DNA of 64,000 nucleotides from Bdellovibrionota bacterium (lineage in GTDB: Bacteria; Bdellovibrionota; UBA1018; CAIPTA01; JAALKR01), in NCBI GenBank assembly GCA_965207455.1, contig CBDBMJ010000003.1, positions 288,001-352,000 on the forward strand, given 5' to 3'. The translations under genes were made by a program, and so were the position numbers. A model generated the notes under the pieces. The model saw only the letters and a program-made list of their open reading frames with translations. It was not told where the DNA came from and did not search any database. Below are positions 39,361 to 49,175 of this stretch, in pieces (within the stretch, counting starts at the first letter, position 1; every line of letters begins with the position of its first letter).

Positions 39361-41049
39361 ATGAAAAGAAAAATAATTTGTCCAGTAATTTTAGCGGCAT
39401 TTTTACAGATAAACCCTGCTATGGGGGTTAAAAGCGAAGCCAGTTGCCAGTTCGAAAAACAGAAGCGCAAAAAAATATCCTCAAATATCCTTTCACCTCA
39501 AATGAACCTGTGCAATGCCAACTTAAAAAGAAAAAATTTGAGCAGTATAAATTTGAGTAAAGCAAACCTGAGCTATTCCGACCTAACAAACTCAGACCTG
39601 CGCCAAATAAACCTTATTAAAGCAACTCTGCGCAAGACAATACTAAAAAATACCAACTTAAACTACAGCGATCTATCATTCGCCAACCTAACAAACGCAA
39701 ACCTAAAAGGATCCACTATTTCAAGTGCTAGACTGTTTCAAACTATTTTGAATACAGCAGATTTGAGTCATGCCTCTCTTCAGCAATCAAATCTATTCCA
39801 AGCAAAGTTAGTCGGAACAAACTTAAGCAATGCAAATCTAGAAAGAGCAAGCTTAGTTCAAGCGGACTTATCTAAAGCAAACTTATCTTCAGCTAAAATG
39901 AGTCGCACCGACTTTAGAAGAGCGCGCTTAACTGGAGCCAACCTGTCAAATTCAGATATGACACGAGCTAATTTACAAAACGCAAGTATGACTAACGTCA
40001 ATCTTCAAAAAGCAAAGTTGTTGCGAGCGGTCCTTAATGACGCGGACTTATCTGGATCCGATCTTTCTTTCGCAAACTTATACCAAGCAGATTTGCACAG
40101 AACAATTATGAAAAAGGCAAACTTATCCGGGGCTATCCTGATAAAAGCAAATTTACATAACTCCAACCTGAGTAACGCCAATTTAACCAAAGCTCGTTTA
40201 CATAATGCAAATCTAAATGGTGCAAATCTAAGTAACGCAACTCTCACCGCAGCCGAGCTGTTCGGCACTGAATTAAATCACGCCAACCTGACAAATATCA
40301 ATCTTGATAATTCTAAAGCCACGCGTTCTTATTTCCAGAAGTCTAACATCAGCAACGCCAGTCTTAGGTATGCAGATATATCAGAGTCAAATATGTACAA
40401 AGTTAATTTAAAAAATACCGATATGACTGGGGCTAAATTATATTATACTTATTTGGCTCATTCCAACATGGCCGATTCTATTCTGTCTGACGCCAATCTT
40501 TACGCCGCAGACTTAAGTGATGCCTCGATTAAACGAGCCATAATCAAGAATGCCATACTTTCAACAGCAAAACTTACTAATGCAAATTTAGAAGGAGCTG
40601 ATTTAACCAATACGAAGCTGACAAGGACAAATCTTGTCTGGGCCAAAATGAATAGAGCAAATTTAAAAAATGCAGCTTTAAATAGAGCTGATTTACGTAT
40701 GGCTAGCTTAATAGAAGCAGTTCTAATTTCGGCAGATTTAAACAACGCAGACTTGCGTAGAGCAAATTTTAAACAAGCGAACTTATATAAAGCAAATCTA
40801 ACTAAAGCAAAATTAAGTAATATTCACCTAAATAATGCCAATCTTTCTTTAGCAGACTTCACAGACACCACAGGACTGGACGAATTAAAATTATCCCATT
40901 TCAAGGGAATCTGGGCTTATGAAAAAGAGCTTCCAAAGAATCTACCAACCGCTATGATGAAGGAGCTTCGAAAAAATTTAAGGCGGGTACAGTATCAAGG
41001 CTCTAAAAAAATAACGCTTCGTGCGGAAAAAGAGGTAACCCATCGATGA
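39361..41049 (+). CDS. Secreted pentapeptide-repeat protein (long)
   Basis: Signal peptide; roughly 450 aa of A(N/D)Lxx repeats; RBS AGGAGG. Confidence 0.93.
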   Translation: MKRKIICPVILAAFLQINPAMGVKSEASCQFEKQKRKKISSNILSPQMNLCNANLKRKNLSSINLSKANLSYSDLTNSDLRQINLIKATLRKTILKNTNLNYSDLSFANLTNANLKGSTISSARLFQTILNTADLSHASLQQSNLFQAKLVGTNLSNANLERASLVQADLSKANLSSAKMSRTDFRRARLTGANLSNSDMTRANLQNASMTNVNLQKAKLLRAVLNDADLSGSDLSFANLYQADLHRTIMKKANLSGAILIKANLHNSNLSNANLTKARLHNANLNGANLSNATLTAAELFGTELNHANLTNINLDNSKATRSYFQKSNISNASLRYADISESNMYKVNLKNTDMTGAKLYYTYLAHSNMADSILSDANLYAADLSDASIKRAIIKNAILSTAKLTNANLEGADLTNTKLTRTNLVWAKMNRANLKNAALNRADLRMASLIEAVLISADLNNADLRRANFKQANLYKANLTKAKLSNIHLNNANLSLADFTDTTGLDELKLSHFKGIWAYEKELPKNLPTAMMKELRKNLRRVQYQGSKKITLRAEKEVTHR

Positions 41050-41792
41050 ACAATAAAATAATTATAATCACAATACTTTCATATATTTTGCCCCTTGATT
41101 CCAGTTCAAGTGTGAAATCTCCGAATTGCTATATAAATAAAAGTGCGATCCAGACTGTTGGACCAGGAGCTATGCTACATAAAGCTTCTTTATGCGGTGC
41201 TGACTTGAAAAAAACCAATCTAGCTAATTCTGATTTAAGCTATGCAAATCTAAAAAATACAAATTTTTATAGAGCAAATCTACATGCAGCAAATCTATAC
41301 TCAGCAAACTTGGAAAATGCGTCGTTGTCCAAAGCTAGATTATGTAATGCTACGCTAGAAAAAACTTCTCTTTATAAGGCAAATTTAGAATATTCTCGCT
41401 TATATAGGACAAATTTAATGGGAGCAGACCTGCGCAGCGCAAATATAAGGCGTGCTGGACTTATCGAGGCTAATCTTACAAAAGCTAACCTAAGTGGAGC
41501 AGACCTATTCGGTTCAAAACTTTATAAGGCGAATCTTAGAGATGCGAATTTAACTGGAGCAATATTACATAAAGCAGATATGAGATATGCAGACCTTCAT
41601 AATGCAAATCTTAATGGGGCAAACTTATCTTTGGCAGATTTTACTAAAGCTACCGGGCTTGATAAACTTCAAAGTTTTAAGAATGTCTGGGCATACGAAG
41701 GGGCAGAACCCAAAGGACTGCCTCTTACTGTAATGAACGAGTTAAGGAAAAACTTAAAAATTCGTCATAGAAAAAAAAATATAAGACACTAA
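41046..41792 (+). CDS. Secreted pentapeptide-repeat protein (short paralogue)
   Basis: A(N/D)Lxx repeats; C-terminal cap shared with the upstream gene; ATGA coupling. Confidence 0.92.
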   Translation: MNNKIIIITILSYILPLDSSSSVKSPNCYINKSAIQTVGPGAMLHKASLCGADLKKTNLANSDLSYANLKNTNFYRANLHAANLYSANLENASLSKARLCNATLEKTSLYKANLEYSRLYRTNLMGADLRSANIRRAGLIEANLTKANLSGADLFGSKLYKANLRDANLTGAILHKADMRYADLHNANLNGANLSLADFTKATGLDKLQSFKNVWAYEGAEPKGLPLTVMNELRKNLKIRHRKKNIRH

Positions 41793-41811
41793 AAGTAGTA
41801 CTCGTTCCGAC

Positions 41812-42810
41812 TTAAAAATTCTCATCAAAGCGCACTTCGCCAGTAATATTCGTCTGATAGGCAGAAACACGCCTTTCAAAGAAATTTGCTAACTCTTGGG
41901 TGTCTTGAAGTTCCATAAAAGAAAAAGGATTTCTCACATTGTATTGACGAGGAATATTTAAACGATCCAATCTCAGGTCGGCCACATATTGTAAATATGT
42001 ACGCATGTCATTCGAGCTCAAACCCGCTAACCCTTGATCCAAAACATCATGGGCAAAAATCATCTCACAAGCAATGGCTTCTTCCATCATAATACAAATC
42101 TGTTGTTTCACGGCATCGTCCATCAGATCCGGCTCTTCTTGTAGTGCCACCTTAATGACTTCAAAAGCAAATTCAATGTGACAACTCTCATCCCTAAAAA
42201 CCCAATTGGTTCCTGTGGCAAGCCCGTTGAGCAATCCCTTGGAACGAAGGAAATAAACGTAGGCAAAAGCGGCAAAGAAGAACAACCCCTCAATGATCCC
42301 TGCAAAGCAAATAAGGTTCATTAAAAATCTTCTGCGATCCTCTTTCGTCCGTATGGCTCGCAAATCATTAATGGAATCCATCCAATGAAAACTAAATGCT
42401 GCTTTTTTAGAAATGGAAGGAATAGTATGAACGGCTGCAAACGCCGCTTCTCGTTCCTTTGGATCTGAAATATAATTATCCAAAAGAGTTAAATAAAACT
42501 GAACATGGAGAGCCTCTTCATACAATTGTCGGGAGAGGTATAGGCGCGCCTCTGGAGAATTGACATGTTGGTAAAGATTTAAAACTAAATTATTACTAAC
42601 AATGGAATCCCCTGTGGCAAAAAAAGCCACCAAACGGTGAATAAGAAACTGCTCAGCTGGCTTGATCTTGGAATGCAGATCAATAAGGTCTGAACTAAAA
42701 TCTACCTCTTCCACGGTCCATGTATTTTTAATGGCATCCTTGTACATCTCAAAAAACTGAGGATATTTCATGGGCCTTAGGGTAAGTGAAAAACCTGGAT
42801 CTAAAATCAT
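41812..42810 (-). CDS. nrdB: Class Ia ribonucleotide reductase beta subunit
   Basis: 'FFATGD', 'EALHVQFY' (radical Tyr), 'IEGLFF', 'RDESCH', 'NFFERRVSAY'. Confidence 0.95.
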   Translation of the reverse strand: MILDPGFSLTLRPMKYPQFFEMYKDAIKNTWTVEEVDFSSDLIDLHSKIKPAEQFLIHRLVAFFATGDSIVSNNLVLNLYQHVNSPEARLYLSRQLYEEALHVQFYLTLLDNYISDPKEREAAFAAVHTIPSISKKAAFSFHWMDSINDLRAIRTKEDRRRFLMNLICFAGIIEGLFFFAAFAYVYFLRSKGLLNGLATGTNWVFRDESCHIEFAFEVIKVALQEEPDLMDDAVKQQICIMMEEAIACEMIFAHDVLDQGLAGLSSNDMRTYLQYVADLRLDRLNIPRQYNVRNPFSFMELQDTQELANFFERRVSAYQTNITGEVRFDENF

Positions 42811-42820
42811 ATATCTTCTC

Positions 42821-45280
42821 CTATTGACAAGCTTCGCAGGATTCAGGATTTTCCAGTACGCAAACTTCTTGTTCCGTGGGTGTGATTTTTTTCGACGGCT
42901 CCTGGACCGTAACCTTTGAAATTCTTGTGGCAGGTCGGGAGCGTAAATAATAAGTGGTCTTTAACTCCTTTTGCCAAACATACATATACATGCTGGAAAG
43001 TTTTTCAATGCTTGGACTCTCTATAAAGAGGTTCAGCGACTGACTCTGATCCACGTATGGTCCTCTGGCTGCTGCCATGTCGATAAGATTTTTTTGAGGA
43101 ATTTCCCAAGTGGTTCTAAAAATATTTTTAAGACTCGTTGGTATCTCCTCAATACCTTGAATGGAACCCTCGGATGCTTTAATTTTCTCACGAATCGTGT
43201 TGTTCCAGAGGTTTACTTTTTTAAGCTCTTTTACCAAATGGTGGTTAATCTGAATGAACTCTCCAGAAAGGGTTTCCCGTTTAAAATAGTTAGAGATTTG
43301 AGGTTCAATGGATTCATATACACCCGCTATGGAAGCAATGGTTGCGGTGGGTGCGATGGCAATGAGAAGGGAATTTCTTAGACCGTATTTTTCTATGTCG
43401 GCCTTTAGTTTTTTCCATCGCTTGGCAGTGGAGGCGTGGTGCTGTTTGTCTTCTGATGACCAAAGATCAAATTGTAATTGCCCAAGACTTGCCCGTGTTT
43501 TGGAAAAGGCATCGTGCGAGCCACTCACCTTGGCTAAATTACAGGAAGTGAGAGTTGCATGATAATAAATTTCTTCCTGTATCTTTACAGATAACTCCCG
43601 AGCCTCTTCACTATCAAAGGCCCAACCCATTTGGAAAAAAACATCCTGCAAGCCCATAAGACCCAAACCCACCGGTCGCCATTGACTGTTGGAGTTCTTG
43701 GCAGAATCGATAGGATAAAAATTAATATCAATTACCCTGTCTAAATAAGTAACTGCTGTCTTAACCGTTTCTCCCAGTTTTTTAAAATCAAAGGCTAGGC
43801 TACCATCAGAAGGATCCCGTTTTACGTGACGGCTCAAGTTGACAGAACCCAAGTTACAAACTGCCGTTTCTTTCTGAGAAGTAACCTCTAAAATTTCTGT
43901 ACATAAATTGGAAAGATGAATAACATTTTCGCTATTTAGCGTCTGGTTAGATTTTCGGTTACTTGCATCTTTAAAATTCATCCAGCCATTACCCGTCTGT
44001 GCTAACGTTTTCATCATACGGCTATAGAGATCTCTTGCCCGAACCTGCCTCACATATTTTTTCTCTTTTTCCGCTGCCGTGAAGGCCGCTTCAAATTCTT
44101 CACCATACATGTTCACAAAATCTGGCACTTCTTTGGGGTCGAAGAGAGACCACATGGCATTATCCCGCACTCGCTTCATAAAAAGGTCGGAAACCCAAAG
44201 GGCAAGATTTAGGTTGTGGGTCCGCTGGGCTTCGTCGCCCGTATTGTCCCGTAACTGCAAAAATTCTTCCACATCGGAATGCCAGTTTTCAATATAAACA
44301 CAGGCAGCACCTTTTCTCCTACCACCTTGATTAACGGCAGAAATGGAAGAGTCTAAAATCTTTAACCAAGGAATGAGACCATTGGACTGACCATTTGTTC
44401 CCTTAATTAAAGACCCTCGAGAACGTATCTGAGAGAAGGAAACCCCGATGCCTCCAGCAAACTTGGAGAGAAGAGCTATCTCTTTGTACTTGTCGTAAAT
44501 ACTCTTAAGACTGTCTTCGGGAGAATCCAAAAGATAACAAGAGGATAACTGAGTACGCCTCGTTGCGGAATTAAATAGAGTGGGAGAACTGGGCAGGTAA
44601 TCTAAATTGGAAATAAGATCGTAGAAACCCTTTGCTTCCTTAAAGTCGTTTGCCAAACCGCACGCCACACGCAAAAAGAAATATTGGGGCGTTTCCATTA
44701 CTTGTCTTGTTCTCGGATGTCGTAACAAATAACGATCATAGATAGTCTTTAAACCAAAGTATTCAAAAGATTCAGTGCGGGAATTATCCACAATAATAGA
44801 AAACGCCTCTTTATTCTCTCGAATCAACTGAAACTTTTGATCTGAAATGAGCTCCTCTCTATGAGCCAACACAATATAATCAAAAAAGGTATGTATTTTT
44901 TGATTGCGAATTTCCTCGGAAATATAACGACTCAATAAACGCGCTGCCAACTTAGAGTAATTGGGCTCTTCAGAAATTAAAAACGATGCCGTTCGTATGC
45001 ACAACTCATCTAATTCCTTGGTGGTAGCACCATCATACAAACCGCTAATAGCTTTTGTGGCCACTCTCATGGGATCCACCTCGGCTAAACCTGTGGAGGA
45101 CGCTAAAACCACATTAATAATTTTATTTACATCCACGGGCTCAAGAGTGCCGTCTCGTTTCATTACCCGCATGATCTTATGGGTATGAGTCTCTCCCGTG
45201 GGCAGAGGAGTGGCTAGTGTGGTTGGAATGTGCTTTAACTCTTTCGTTGCTTCTGTTCCATGAGGCTGAGTGATCTCCAT
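42821..45280 (-). CDS. nrdA: Class I ribonucleotide reductase alpha subunit with ATP cone
   Basis: 'VMKRDG', 'PTLFNS', 'SSCYL', 'SNLCTE', 'KTTYYLRS', C-terminal 'CEACQ'. Confidence 0.96.
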   Translation of the reverse strand: MEITQPHGTEATKELKHIPTTLATPLPTGETHTHKIMRVMKRDGTLEPVDVNKIINVVLASSTGLAEVDPMRVATKAISGLYDGATTKELDELCIRTASFLISEEPNYSKLAARLLSRYISEEIRNQKIHTFFDYIVLAHREELISDQKFQLIRENKEAFSIIVDNSRTESFEYFGLKTIYDRYLLRHPRTRQVMETPQYFFLRVACGLANDFKEAKGFYDLISNLDYLPSSPTLFNSATRRTQLSSCYLLDSPEDSLKSIYDKYKEIALLSKFAGGIGVSFSQIRSRGSLIKGTNGQSNGLIPWLKILDSSISAVNQGGRRKGAACVYIENWHSDVEEFLQLRDNTGDEAQRTHNLNLALWVSDLFMKRVRDNAMWSLFDPKEVPDFVNMYGEEFEAAFTAAEKEKKYVRQVRARDLYSRMMKTLAQTGNGWMNFKDASNRKSNQTLNSENVIHLSNLCTEILEVTSQKETAVCNLGSVNLSRHVKRDPSDGSLAFDFKKLGETVKTAVTYLDRVIDINFYPIDSAKNSNSQWRPVGLGLMGLQDVFFQMGWAFDSEEARELSVKIQEEIYYHATLTSCNLAKVSGSHDAFSKTRASLGQLQFDLWSSEDKQHHASTAKRWKKLKADIEKYGLRNSLLIAIAPTATIASIAGVYESIEPQISNYFKRETLSGEFIQINHHLVKELKKVNLWNNTIREKIKASEGSIQGIEEIPTSLKNIFRTTWEIPQKNLIDMAAARGPYVDQSQSLNLFIESPSIEKLSSMYMYVWQKELKTTYYLRSRPATRISKVTVQEPSKKITPTEQEVCVLENPESCEACQ

Positions 45281-45332
45281 TTTATTTTTTTCTCCTGTAG
45301 GTAATCTGTTTTCTTATTTTGTATTACTGTAA

Positions 45333-45360
45333 ATTATAGTTTGTGCTGGTAGACTGTCAA
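45333..45360 (-). promoter_or_regulatory. Sigma70 promoter for nrdAB
   Basis: TTGACA-N16-TATAAT on the minus strand, about 50 bp upstream of the nrdA start. Confidence 0.75.
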
Positions 45361-45561
45361 GCAAAAGAAAAAGTGAATGTCGATTAAGAAACAAGCGTCA
45401 AAAATAACGAACGAAAGCCTGTGCAGATGGCACGCTGAGATAAATATTTTTCATTTAGAGTGGCTTCTCGTGAACTTTTTGCACAACATAACGCCACACC
45501 CTTAGAGTAGCAAAGCCCCATGACCTTTCCTAGAAAAAAATCCAATGAAAGAACTTGTTAG

Positions 45562-45589
45562 TTGACCGACCGTGGCTTGTCGGTATGAT
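45562..45589 (+). promoter_or_regulatory. Putative sigma70 promoter for the protease gene
   Basis: TTGACC-N16-TATGAT with an ACCGAC/GTCGGT inverted repeat in the spacer. Confidence 0.45.
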
Positions 45590-45656
45590 CTATATATATA
45601 TATTATAAGAAAGTGAGAGTTGCGTTGTGTAACTTTCATAATCAAGGAGGTTTACA

Positions 45657-46556
45657 ATGATTCTATTACGATCCGTTCTATTTTTTCTTTTTGTCTCGCT
45701 CACAATAAGCACACAGGCACGAGCTTTCCCCCAGGCACCCTTTAATGCACTTGGGTCTTCGCACGAGATAGTCTCTAGCCTAGCCTCAGTTGTCGCACTG
45801 GACTCGTCCGCTGATATCTACGATTTTAACGGCATTGTGAGACTATCCAACTGTAGTGGATTTCTAATAATGTTCGAGGGACAACCCTCTTCGTCAAACG
45901 CGCTGGTCCTCACAAACGGACACTGCTACCGCCGTTTTATCCGAGCCGAAGCAATCGTTCTCAACCAACCCTCCCGACGCACCATGCGAGTTAGTGACGC
46001 TAACAAGCGCTTTCACACCGTACGCGCAACCACTGTTGTATACGCCACAATGACGGGAACCGATGTACTCCTCTACCGACTAAAAGAAACATACGATGAG
46101 CTTGCCACTAAAAACATCACCCCGCTAATGCTAAGTCCAGTACGGCCTCAGCCCAACGCGGCCATTCAAATTATCTCCGGCTACTGGAAAAGAGGATACT
46201 CCTGCTTCATTGATGGCTTTGTCCATAAACTTTTGGAGGCCTCTTGGGAGTTCTACGATTCTTTGCGCTATAGCACAAAGGGTTGCGACATTATTGGCGG
46301 CACCAGCGGATCCCCCGTTATTCTCAAAGGAACGCGACAGGTGGTTGGTATCAATAATACCCTTAATGAAAATGGCCGACGGTGTAACATGAATAATCCC
46401 TGCGAAGTTGATGAAGACGGGAACGTAACCGTGGATCATAATCGAGGCTACGGACAACAAACCTATATATTTTATTCCTGCCTAGATTCCGACTATGAAA
46501 TAGATCTCACGCTGCAAGGATGTCAACTCGCTAAAGGTGCCTCTTCTCTAGAGTAA
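45657..46556 (+). CDS. Secreted trypsin-like serine protease
   Basis: Signal peptide; 'LTNGHC', 'TDV', 'GTSGSP'. Confidence 0.92.
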   Translation: MILLRSVLFFLFVSLTISTQARAFPQAPFNALGSSHEIVSSLASVVALDSSADIYDFNGIVRLSNCSGFLIMFEGQPSSSNALVLTNGHCYRRFIRAEAIVLNQPSRRTMRVSDANKRFHTVRATTVVYATMTGTDVLLYRLKETYDELATKNITPLMLSPVRPQPNAAIQIISGYWKRGYSCFIDGFVHKLLEASWEFYDSLRYSTKGCDIIGGTSGSPVILKGTRQVVGINNTLNENGRRCNMNNPCEVDEDGNVTVDHNRGYGQQTYIFYSCLDSDYEIDLTLQGCQLAKGASSLE

Positions 46557-46568
46557 ATAGAAAAAGCA

Positions 46569-47366
46569 ATGCCAAACAATCAAAACTCTTTGTTTGAGGG
46601 GGATTGCCTAGACGTAATGGGCGCATTCCCCGATCAATCTGTGCACATGATCCTGAGCGACCTCCCTTACGGAACCACCCAAAACAAATGGGATTCTATT
46701 ATCAATCTCGACAAACTATGGTGCGAATACAAAAGAATTATTAAGCCAAACGGCGCCATCGTACTCACCTCACAGGGACCCTTCACTGCCAAACTCATCC
46801 TCTCCAACGAGGCTTGGTTTAAATATAAAATCGTCTGGGAAAAGTCCAAAGCTACAAATTTTTTGAACGCCAAAAGACAACCCCTGCGAAAGCACGAAGA
46901 CATTTGTATTTTTTATAAAAAACAACCCACCTATAATCCACAAATGCAAGACGGCGCCCCCTACGACAAAGGTAGGAGAAAAGAACAACTCTCAGGTAGC
47001 TACGGCGACTTCGATTCCTGTCATGTGAAAAGCACTGGCGCACGTTATCCCGTGGATATTGTTTATTTTAAAACGCCAGAAAGCGAGCCAGAGAAAACGG
47101 TTTGGCATGCCACGCAAAAACCAGTTGCCCTAGGCCGCTACCTAATACGAACATTTACAAATCCCGGCGACCTGGTCCTCGACAACGCCTTTGGCAGTGG
47201 AAGCTTTTTAGTTTCTGCCCACTTGGAAAAGAGAAACTACTGCGGGATAGAAAAAAACCAAGAAGTTTGTCGATTTAAAAAAGAACCCATTGACTATATC
47301 TCTGTTGCGGAGAAAAGACTGATGCAGCACGGCGACTCTCCCAGTATTGTTCGTAGCCATAAATAG
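46569..47366 (+). CDS. Orphan N6A/N4C DNA methyltransferase (beta class)
   Basis: 'SDLPYG' precedes 'HATQKP' and 'DNAFGSGS'. Confidence 0.92.
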   Translation: MPNNQNSLFEGDCLDVMGAFPDQSVHMILSDLPYGTTQNKWDSIINLDKLWCEYKRIIKPNGAIVLTSQGPFTAKLILSNEAWFKYKIVWEKSKATNFLNAKRQPLRKHEDICIFYKKQPTYNPQMQDGAPYDKGRRKEQLSGSYGDFDSCHVKSTGARYPVDIVYFKTPESEPEKTVWHATQKPVALGRYLIRTFTNPGDLVLDNAFGSGSFLVSAHLEKRNYCGIEKNQEVCRFKKEPIDYISVAEKRLMQHGDSPSIVRSHK

Positions 47367-47546
47367 AAATTGCGACAAGCGTCGCGTTAAAAAATATTCT
47401 GTAAAAGCAAAGTTATCTAAAAGATGCATTGCATTTAAATAAAATTCAATACTGCGCAAAAAAAGATTGACGTACTGAGCTTTTTTCTTTAAAAGAATCA
47501 CAGTTAAGCAATAATGCTTAACATTAACAATAAAGGAGAATAGAAA

Positions 47547-48125
47547 ATGAAAATAAAAAATATAAACATTATGTACTTAGTATGCGCACTTACTATGCCA
47601 GTACTAGCCGAGGCTAATTATTATGATCTGGAGGATGCTTTTTATAAAGCGGGAACAGTATCTAAAGAAGAAGTTGTTGGCTGGATGGGTGGGCGATGCT
47701 TTCCTGCAAATAATCCATATCATTCTGAAAACTCATTACTGGTTGGAAGTCCCGTTCGGTATAGTAATGATGGTCCCGCATTTGGAGGAACGCATCACTT
47801 TATGATGTGGCATGCCATAAACTACGGTCCAACCTATTATGATTACATGTCTTCGCGTGAGATAGCAGGAGTGAAAAGGGTTGTGAATTGGGTTTTTAAT
47901 AACACTCAGAATCCATCGAGACAAAGTGATGGGAGCCTTACTGTCCATTTTTATTCAGACTACACTCATAATGGTCGGAACCACTATGTTAGTAATTCAG
48001 TGTACTCACTTAGAAAGGGATCAGTGGCAGGATCAAAAACGTCCTACCTTATTGCAAAACTGGATCTTAAAAACCTCCCTTCTAAATATTGCTACCAGTT
48101 TGAGCAAATTCGAAGCTACTACTAG
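47547..48125 (+). CDS. Hypothetical secreted protein
   Basis: RBS AAGGAG; signal peptide ending 'AEA'; 'GWMGGRCF' and terminal 'YCYQF'. Confidence 0.7.
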   Translation: MKIKNINIMYLVCALTMPVLAEANYYDLEDAFYKAGTVSKEEVVGWMGGRCFPANNPYHSENSLLVGSPVRYSNDGPAFGGTHHFMMWHAINYGPTYYDYMSSREIAGVKRVVNWVFNNTQNPSRQSDGSLTVHFYSDYTHNGRNHYVSNSVYSLRKGSVAGSKTSYLIAKLDLKNLPSKYCYQFEQIRSYY

Positions 48126-48145
48126 TCCAATCGAGTCGTTTCAAT

Positions 48146-48179
48146 GAAAACCCCCCTCCCATGGTGAGGGGGGTTTTTC
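48146..48179 (+). terminator. Rho-independent terminator
   Basis: AAAACCCCCCTC-N7-GAGGGGGGTTTTT hairpin 20 bp after the stop. Confidence 0.8.
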
Positions 48180-48197
48180 TAGCCGGGGGGAATAAGA

Positions 48198-49088
48198 ATG
48201 GCGCACAAAAATAATATAGTAAACAATCTCGGGTTTCGCTCCATTCTATTTTTCCTTCTTGCCTCGCTTACTGTAAGCATACAAACACAAGCGTTTCCCC
48301 ATTCGCCTGGTGATCGCTTCAAAGATGTATGGCCGAAGAAGTGGGCCACAAAAGATAACTATAATTTTAATGGTATCGTGAGTATTGCATACTGTAGTGG
48401 ATCTTTAATAATTTTTGAGGGGCAGCCTCGCTCATCAAACGCACTGGTTCTCACAAATGGACACTGCCACAAGAATGATATTGCACCCCAAGAAGTGCTT
48501 GTGAATCAACCATTAAAACTCACCATGCGGGTGGGTAATGCCAACAGGCGAACCTACTCCGTGCATGCAACTACTATTGTATACGCCACAATGACGAAAA
48601 CTGATGTACTGCTCTACCGATTAAAAGAAACATACAATGAACTTGCCGCTAAAAACATCACCCCTCTAGTGCTCAGTCCATTCCGACCTCAGCCCGGATC
48701 AGAAATTGAAATTATCTCTGGTCTCTGGAAAAAAGGATACTCCTGCTCCATTGATGGTTTTGTCCATAAACTTTTAGAAGGAAACTGGGAGTTCCAAAAC
48801 TCCTTACGCTACACTCGACCGGGCTGCCACACTACTGCCGGCACCAGTGGCTCCCCCATTATCCTCAAGGGAACACGACGGGTGATTGGTATTAATAATA
48901 TTTTGAATGCGCCTGGCCTACCATTGGCTAGCGAGGTTGCGGAGGATGGAACCGTCACTGTGGATAGGAATAGGGGCTACGGGCAACAAACCTATATATT
49001 GTATTCCTGCCTGGACTCTGATTATAAAATAGATCTTACGCTGCAGGGATGTTGGCTCAATAAACCGAATAAAATCAGATACTTATAA
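48198..49088 (+). CDS. Secreted trypsin-like serine protease (paralogue of 45657-46556)
   Basis: 'LTNGHC', 'TDV', 'GTSGSP'; long near-identical stretches shared with the first copy. Confidence 0.92.
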   Translation: MAHKNNIVNNLGFRSILFFLLASLTVSIQTQAFPHSPGDRFKDVWPKKWATKDNYNFNGIVSIAYCSGSLIIFEGQPRSSNALVLTNGHCHKNDIAPQEVLVNQPLKLTMRVGNANRRTYSVHATTIVYATMTKTDVLLYRLKETYNELAAKNITPLVLSPFRPQPGSEIEIISGLWKKGYSCSIDGFVHKLLEGNWEFQNSLRYTRPGCHTTAGTSGSPIILKGTRRVIGINNILNAPGLPLASEVAEDGTVTVDRNRGYGQQTYILYSCLDSDYKIDLTLQGCWLNKPNKIRYL

Positions 49089-49175
49089 ATAACCGACAAA
49101 ATATATATACATTGACATATCGTCGCATAATTTAGTGTATAATTACATTGTTATAATTGTCCTAGGAGGTCTTCA

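Noticed and set aside
41812..42810. Metal-free (class Ie) or Mn/Fe (class Ic) RNR
   Set aside because: All carboxylate/His ligands and the radical Tyr are present, with Asp as first ligand
45281..45560. Cobalamin riboswitch or NrdR boxes upstream of nrdA
   Set aside because: A consensus promoter only ~50 bp from the start leaves no room for a riboswitch, and I saw no convincing NrdR-box palindrome
46569..48125. Type II restriction-modification pair
   Set aside because: The downstream gene has a signal peptide and no visible PD-(D/E)xK, HNH or GIY-YIG motif
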